Positions 59,286 to 64,000 of a stretch of 64,000 bases of DNA are shown one piece after another (positions within the stretch are counted from its first letter, which is position 1; the number at the start of each line of letters is the position of its first letter). The position numbers and the translations under genes were made by a program. Origin of the DNA: an uncultured Candidatus Rokubacteria bacterium. GTDB lineage: Bacteria > Methylomirabilota > Methylomirabilia > Rokubacteriales > DASRDR01. The DNA is taken from the NCBI GenBank assembly GCA_963826115.1, contig CAWGVS010000012.1, forward strand, positions 256,001-320,000. Reading direction: 5' to 3'. The notes under the pieces are model-generated. The model made no database searches. It was not told where the DNA came from and saw nothing but the letters and a program-made list of their open reading frames with translations.

Positions 59286-61109
59286 CTACCGGTGGAGATG
59301 GTAGGGGACGTTCGTGACGACGACGCCCTTCCGGAAGAGGAGGGCGCCCTTGATGAGGAGCGCCGTCTGGTTGTGGAGCAGGTGCTGCCACCAGCGGGCC
59401 GGCACGAACTCGGGAAGGACGATCGTGACCATCTCGTTCGGCGCCTGGCGCTGCAGGAGGTCGAGGTACTCCTGGAGCGGCCCGGTCACGGACCGGTAGG
59501 GCGACCGCAGCACGGCGAGCGGCATCCCGTCCGTGTACCTCGCCCACCGCTCCTCGAACCGGCGCGTCTGCTCGGGGTCCACCTCGACGTAGACGCCGCG
59601 CGCGGTCGGGGACAGGGCCTGCGCGTACTCGAGGGCCGGCAGCGTGCCTCGGTGGACGTCGCCGACCAGCACCAGCACGGCGTGGCCCGCCGGCGGCGGG
59701 CGGGGCACGACACCCTCCACCGAAAGCTGGACCGCCACGTCGTCGTAGTGGCGGCGGATCGTGATGAAGAGCGCGATCATGCAGGGGATCAGGACGACGA
59801 CGATCCAGGCCCCGTGGCTGAACTTCGTCATCCCGATGATGACCGCCACCACGCCGGTGACGAGCGCGCCCGTCCCGTTGACGATCGCGCGCATCGGCCA
59901 GCGGGGCCCGCGGTGGCGAAACCAGTAGCGCACCATGCTGGCCTGCGAGAGCGTGAAGGAAACGAACACACCCAGCGCGTAGAGCGGGATGAGGGCGTGG
60001 GTGTCACCTCGAAACGCCGCCAGGAGCCCGATCGAAAGGAGCGCGAGGATGATGATCCCGTTCGAGAACGCCAGACGGTCGCCGCGGTTCGCAAACTGAC
60101 GCGGGATGAACCGGTCCCGCGCGAGGAACGAGGCGAGCCGCGGAAAGTCCGCAAAGCTCGTGTTGGCGGCCAGGATGAGGATGAGCATCGTCACACCCTG
60201 GATCATGTAGTAGAGCGGAGACTCCCCGAAGACGATGCGGGCGAGCTGGGAGTTCACCGTCTCCCCTTCCACGGGCACGACGCCGAAGGCGTGCGCGAGG
60301 GCCGAGATCCCGAGGAAGAAGACGATCAGGATGCCGCCGAGGGCCAGCAGCACGCGGCGCGCGGTCTGGGACTCCGGGGGTCGGAAGGCCGGCACCCCGT
60401 CGGAGACCGCCTCGATGCCGGTCATGGCGGCGCAGCCCGACGAAAACGCCCGGAGCACGAGGAAGGCCGTGAGGGCCTCGGTGCCGCTGGCGACCGCCGC
60501 CGGCGCCGCGGCCCCGGCGGCGCCCCGGAACCACTGGATGCCGCCCCAGCCGAGCAGGATGGCGTAGGAGCCGAGGAACAGGTAGGTGGGCACCGCGAAC
60601 AATCGCCCCGACTCCCGCACGCCGCGGAGGTTGCCGACCGCGATGACCGCGACACCGATCACGCACAGCGTCACCCGGTAGGGGTAGAGCGGGCGGATCG
60701 CCGACGTGATCGCCGCGATGCCCGCGGCGACGCTCACCGCGACCGTCAGGACATAGTCGACCTGCAGCGCGGCGCCGGCGACCAGGCTCGGGTAGCGGCC
60801 GAGGTTCTCGCGCGTGACGACGTAGGACCCGCCGCCCGTCGGGTACGCGAGGATCGTCTGCCGGTAGGAGCTCACGACGATCGCGATCAGGACGCCGATG
60901 GCGATCGCGATCGGGAAGGCGAGATTCAACGCGGCCGAGCCCGCCAGCATGAGGATCAGCAGGATCTCCTCCGTCGCGTACGCGACCGACGACAGCGCGT
61001 CGGACGCGAAGATCGCGAGGCCGGTCAGCGGGCCGAGCCGCTCGTGCGCCGCGTGCGCCGTGGCGATCGGCGTGCCCAGGAGGATCCGCTTCACATTCTG
61101 GACGGACAT
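59286..61109 (-). CDS. APC-family permease, KimA/YdaO-like K+ transporter (copy 2)
   Basis: SDALSSVAYATEEIL, YP.GGG.Y, DYVLTVAVS, G.EA.S.GVP.F, LIPLYA.GVF, SPYRS, WW..LLHNQ. Confidence 0.88.
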   Translation of the reverse strand: MSVQNVKRILLGTPIATAHAAHERLGPLTGLAIFASDALSSVAYATEEILLILMLAGSAALNLAFPIAIAIGVLIAIVVSSYRQTILAYPTGGGSYVVTRENLGRYPSLVAGAALQVDYVLTVAVSVAAGIAAITSAIRPLYPYRVTLCVIGVAVIAVGNLRGVRESGRLFAVPTYLFLGSYAILLGWGGIQWFRGAAGAAAPAAVASGTEALTAFLVLRAFSSGCAAMTGIEAVSDGVPAFRPPESQTARRVLLALGGILIVFFLGISALAHAFGVVPVEGETVNSQLARIVFGESPLYYMIQGVTMLILILAANTSFADFPRLASFLARDRFIPRQFANRGDRLAFSNGIIILALLSIGLLAAFRGDTHALIPLYALGVFVSFTLSQASMVRYWFRHRGPRWPMRAIVNGTGALVTGVVAVIIGMTKFSHGAWIVVVLIPCMIALFITIRRHYDDVAVQLSVEGVVPRPPPAGHAVLVLVGDVHRGTLPALEYAQALSPTARGVYVEVDPEQTRRFEERWARYTDGMPLAVLRSPYRSVTGPLQEYLDLLQRQAPNEMVTIVLPEFVPARWWQHLLHNQTALLIKGALLFRKGVVVTNVPYHLHR

Positions 61110-61118
61110 GGCGAGCCG

Positions 61119-62942
61119 CTACTGCTCCAGGTGGTAGGGAACGTTGGTGACGATGACCCCCTTGCGGAAGAGGAGCGCCCCCTTGATGAGGAGGGCCGTC
61201 TGGTTGTGGAGGAGGTGCTGCCACCAGCGGGCGGGAATGAACTCCGGGAGGATGATCGTGACGAGCTGATCGGAGACCTGCCGCTGAAGGTGGTCGAGGT
61301 ACTCGAGGAGCGGCCCCGCCACCGACCGGTAGGGGGAGCGGAGCACCGCGAGCGGCATCCCGCCCGCGAACCGGCCCCAGCGCTCCTCGACCCGCCGGGT
61401 CTGCTCCGGCGTGATCTCGACGTAGACCCCGCGCGCGTCCTCGGAGAGCGCCCGCGCGTAGCGGACCGCCCGGAGGACGCCCCGATGGACGTCGCCGACC
61501 AGCACGAGCACGGTGTGCGTGGCCAGCGGGGGCTCCACCTCGGCCCCCTCGATCGAGAGCTGGCGCGCCACCTGGTCGTAGTGCCTGCGGACCGTGACGA
61601 ACGCCACCACCAGCGTCGGGATCAGCACGACGACGATCCAGGCCCCGTGCGTGAACTTCGTGACCGCGATGATCACCATGACCAGTCCGGTCGCGGTGGC
61701 GCCGATTCCCTGGACCGCGACCCCCGACACCCACCCCGGCTGGCGGCGTTTGAGCCAGTACCGGACCATGCTCCCCTGCTTCAACGTGAAGGAGAGGAAC
61801 ACCCCGACGGCGTAGAGCGGGATGAGGGCATGCGTGTCGCCGTGGAACACGACGAGGAGGCTCAGGCTGAGGACGGTCAGGATGAGGATGCCGTTCGAGT
61901 AGGCGAGGCGGTCCCCGCGGTTCGCGAACTGGCGCGGGACGAAACCGTCCCGCGCGAGGAACGAAGCGACTCGGGGGAAATCGGCGAAGCTCGTGTTGGC
62001 CGCCAGGACGAGGATGAGGGCGGTGACGGCCTGCACCAGGTAGTACAGCGGCGACTGCCCGAAGACCGCGCGCGCCAGCTGGGAGTTTGTCGTCTCCCCC
62101 GCAACCGGGACGATGTGGGCCATGTGGACCAGGAACGTGATGCCCACGAATAGCACGATCAGGATCACGCCCAGCGCCGCGAGCACCTGGCGGGCGTTCT
62201 GCGCCTCCGGCGTCCGGAAAGCGGGGACGCCGTCGGACACCGCCTCGATCCCGGTGAGAGCCGCGCAGCCCGATGCGAAGGCCCGGAGGGCGAGAAACAG
62301 GGTCAGCGCCTCGAGCCCGCGCGGAGCGACGCCCGCCGGCGGCGGCTCAAGGTCGCCATTGAGCCACCGGACGAACCCCCATCCGATCATCACGAGGTAA
62401 GCGCCGACAAAGAGGTACGTGGGGCCCGCGAAGAGCCGCCCGGCCTCCCGGACCCCGCGCAGGTTGACCACGGCGATCGCCACGACTCCCGCCAGGCACA
62501 GGGTGACGCGGTGGGGGTAGAGCGGGGGGATCGCGGAGGTGATCGCGTCGATCCCCGCCGCCGTGCTCACCGCCACCGTGAGCACGTAGTCGATCAGCAG
62601 CGCGGACCCGGCGACCAGGCTCGGATAGCGGCCGAGGTTCTCGCGGGTGACGACGTAGGCGCCGCCGCCTCGCGGGTAGGCGAGGATCGACTGCCGGAAG
62701 GACGTGACCACGATCGCGACGAGGACGGCGATCGCCAGCGCGATCGGCAGGGACGCGCCGAGCGCCGCGCTGCCGGCCGCGACCAGGACGAGGAGGATCG
62801 CCTCGGTCGCGTACGCGACGGAGGAGAGCGCGTCGGAGGCGAAGACCGCCAGGCCGGTGACGCGGCTGAGCCGCTCGTGCTGGTCGAGGCTGGTCGGGAT
62901 CGGCCGGCCGACGAGGACGCGCTTGATACGCTGGACGGACAT
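61119..62942 (-). CDS. APC-family permease, KimA/YdaO-like K+ transporter (copy 1)
   Basis: Same motifs and same length (607 aa) as the adjacent copy. Confidence 0.88.
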   Translation of the reverse strand: MSVQRIKRVLVGRPIPTSLDQHERLSRVTGLAVFASDALSSVAYATEAILLVLVAAGSAALGASLPIALAIAVLVAIVVTSFRQSILAYPRGGGAYVVTRENLGRYPSLVAGSALLIDYVLTVAVSTAAGIDAITSAIPPLYPHRVTLCLAGVVAIAVVNLRGVREAGRLFAGPTYLFVGAYLVMIGWGFVRWLNGDLEPPPAGVAPRGLEALTLFLALRAFASGCAALTGIEAVSDGVPAFRTPEAQNARQVLAALGVILIVLFVGITFLVHMAHIVPVAGETTNSQLARAVFGQSPLYYLVQAVTALILVLAANTSFADFPRVASFLARDGFVPRQFANRGDRLAYSNGILILTVLSLSLLVVFHGDTHALIPLYAVGVFLSFTLKQGSMVRYWLKRRQPGWVSGVAVQGIGATATGLVMVIIAVTKFTHGAWIVVVLIPTLVVAFVTVRRHYDQVARQLSIEGAEVEPPLATHTVLVLVGDVHRGVLRAVRYARALSEDARGVYVEITPEQTRRVEERWGRFAGGMPLAVLRSPYRSVAGPLLEYLDHLQRQVSDQLVTIILPEFIPARWWQHLLHNQTALLIKGALLFRKGVIVTNVPYHLEQ

Positions 62943-63012
62943 CGCGTCAGGCGGGCCCGGCCGGGGGCCGGACCGCCACCGTCACCACGGGTCGCCGGTC
63001 ACGTGGGCCGGA

Positions 63013-64000
63013 TCAGAATCGCTCGCGCCGGGCCAGCGTGGCGAGGTTGTCGAACCGCGTGTACTCCGCATGGAAGACGAGCTCGAGGCGCCCGGTCGGC
63101 CCGTTCCGGTGCTTGCCGATCACGAGGTCCGTCGTCCCGGGCTCGGCCTCGGGGCTGCCCTCCTTGCGGGCCAGGAACATGATCAGGTCCGCGTCCTGCT
63201 CGAGGGCGCCGGACTCGCGGAGGTCCGAAAGGCGCGGGAGGCCCTCGCCCCGCGCCTCGACCGCGCGCGAGAGCTGGGAGAGCGCCACGACCGGGACGTT
63301 GAGCTCCTTGGCGAGCGCCTTCAGGGAGCGAGAGATCTCCGAGATCTCCTGCTGGCGGTTCTCGGCCCGCCACCGACCCTGCATGAGCTGGAGGTAGTCG
63401 ATGACCACCAGCTCCAGCCGGTGCTCCGCCTGGATGCGGCGGGCTTTGGCGCGCGCCTCCAGGACCGAGAGATTCGCGGTGTCGTCGATGAAGAGCGGCG
63501 CGTCGTGGAGGCGCCCCGCGGCACTAACGATTCGGCCAAAATCCGACTGCTGCATGAAGCCCGAACGCACGCTGCGCGAATCCACACGGGCTTCGGAGCA
63601 GATGAGGCGCTGCACCAGCTGCTCCTTGGACATTTCGAGGCTGAAAATCAGGGCCGGTCGGCGCAGGTCCACGGCGGCATGCGCGGCGAGATTCAGCGCG
63701 AAGGCCGTCTTCCCGGTCGACGGGCGCCCGGCGATGATCACGAAGTCGGCGGGCTGGAGTCCCGACGTCAGCTTGTCCAGCTCGGTGAACCCCGTGGCCA
63801 GGCCGGTGATGTCCTGCTTGCGATGGTAGAGCAGCTCGATGTGCTTGATGGCGTCGTCGAGGATCTCGCGGACCGGGAACGCGCTCCGCTGGAAGCGACG
63901 CTGCGAGATCCGGAACAGCATCTGCTCGGCGCGGTCGAGGAGCGCCTGGACGTCGTCCGTCTCCTCGTACCCCTCCTGCACGATCTCGCGGGCCACCCGG
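63013..64000 (-). CDS. dnaB: Replicative DNA helicase (5' part outside the window)
   Basis: AGRPSTGKT, FSLEM, IDYLQLM, LSQLSR..E, LSDLRESGALEQDAD, K.RNGP. Confidence 0.97.
   Translation of the reverse strand, partial: RVAREIVQEGYEETDDVQALLDRAEQMLFRISQRRFQRSAFPVREILDDAIKHIELLYHRKQDITGLATGFTELDKLTSGLQPADFVIIAGRPSTGKTAFALNLAAHAAVDLRRPALIFSLEMSKEQLVQRLICSEARVDSRSVRSGFMQQSDFGRIVSAAGRLHDAPLFIDDTANLSVLEARAKARRIQAEHRLELVVIDYLQLMQGRWRAENRQQEISEISRSLKALAKELNVPVVALSQLSRAVEARGEGLPRLSDLRESGALEQDADLIMFLARKEGSPEAEPGTTDLVIGKHRNGPTGRLELVFHAEYTRFDNLATLARRERF

Overview
Very GC-rich bacterial chromosomal window with no rRNA/tRNA gene, CRISPR array, transposase or integrase that I can see. The gene content suggests Candidatus Rokubacteria/Methylomirabilota, but that is only inference. 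In order: C69 peptidase (partial) and a Tat-exported family-5 SBP; an intact Liv-type ABC operon; a single-chain Cache-HAMP-PP2C-RsbW-STAS partner-switching protein; a PhyH dioxygenase; a second, damaged Liv operon headed by a class-III aminotransferase; an imelysin/di-haem/DUF1513/porin iron-uptake operon led by a Mu-Com-like zinc-ribbon gene; assorted enzymes (NHL, PanE, URO-D-like, MtgA, MFS, amidohydrolase); a sigma-54 minor-pilin cassette; a DUF4392-aminotransferase-hexahaem cytochrome c cluster; cysD-cysNC; CitE/CBS/AIR-synthase-like genes; the mreBCD-mrdA-rodA-rng operon; TPR, HNH, DUF1989, MFS, DUF971 and AlkA genes; two tandem KimA-like transporters; and partial dnaB. The most striking unexplained signal is a ~350-nt intergenic minus-strand element (about 54950-55302). 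It has its own promoter, nested hairpins, a 21-nt stretch complementary to the 3' end of 16S rRNA and a 14-codon ORF. Other notable items are three CTG starts coupled to upstream TGA stops and several leaderless genes.
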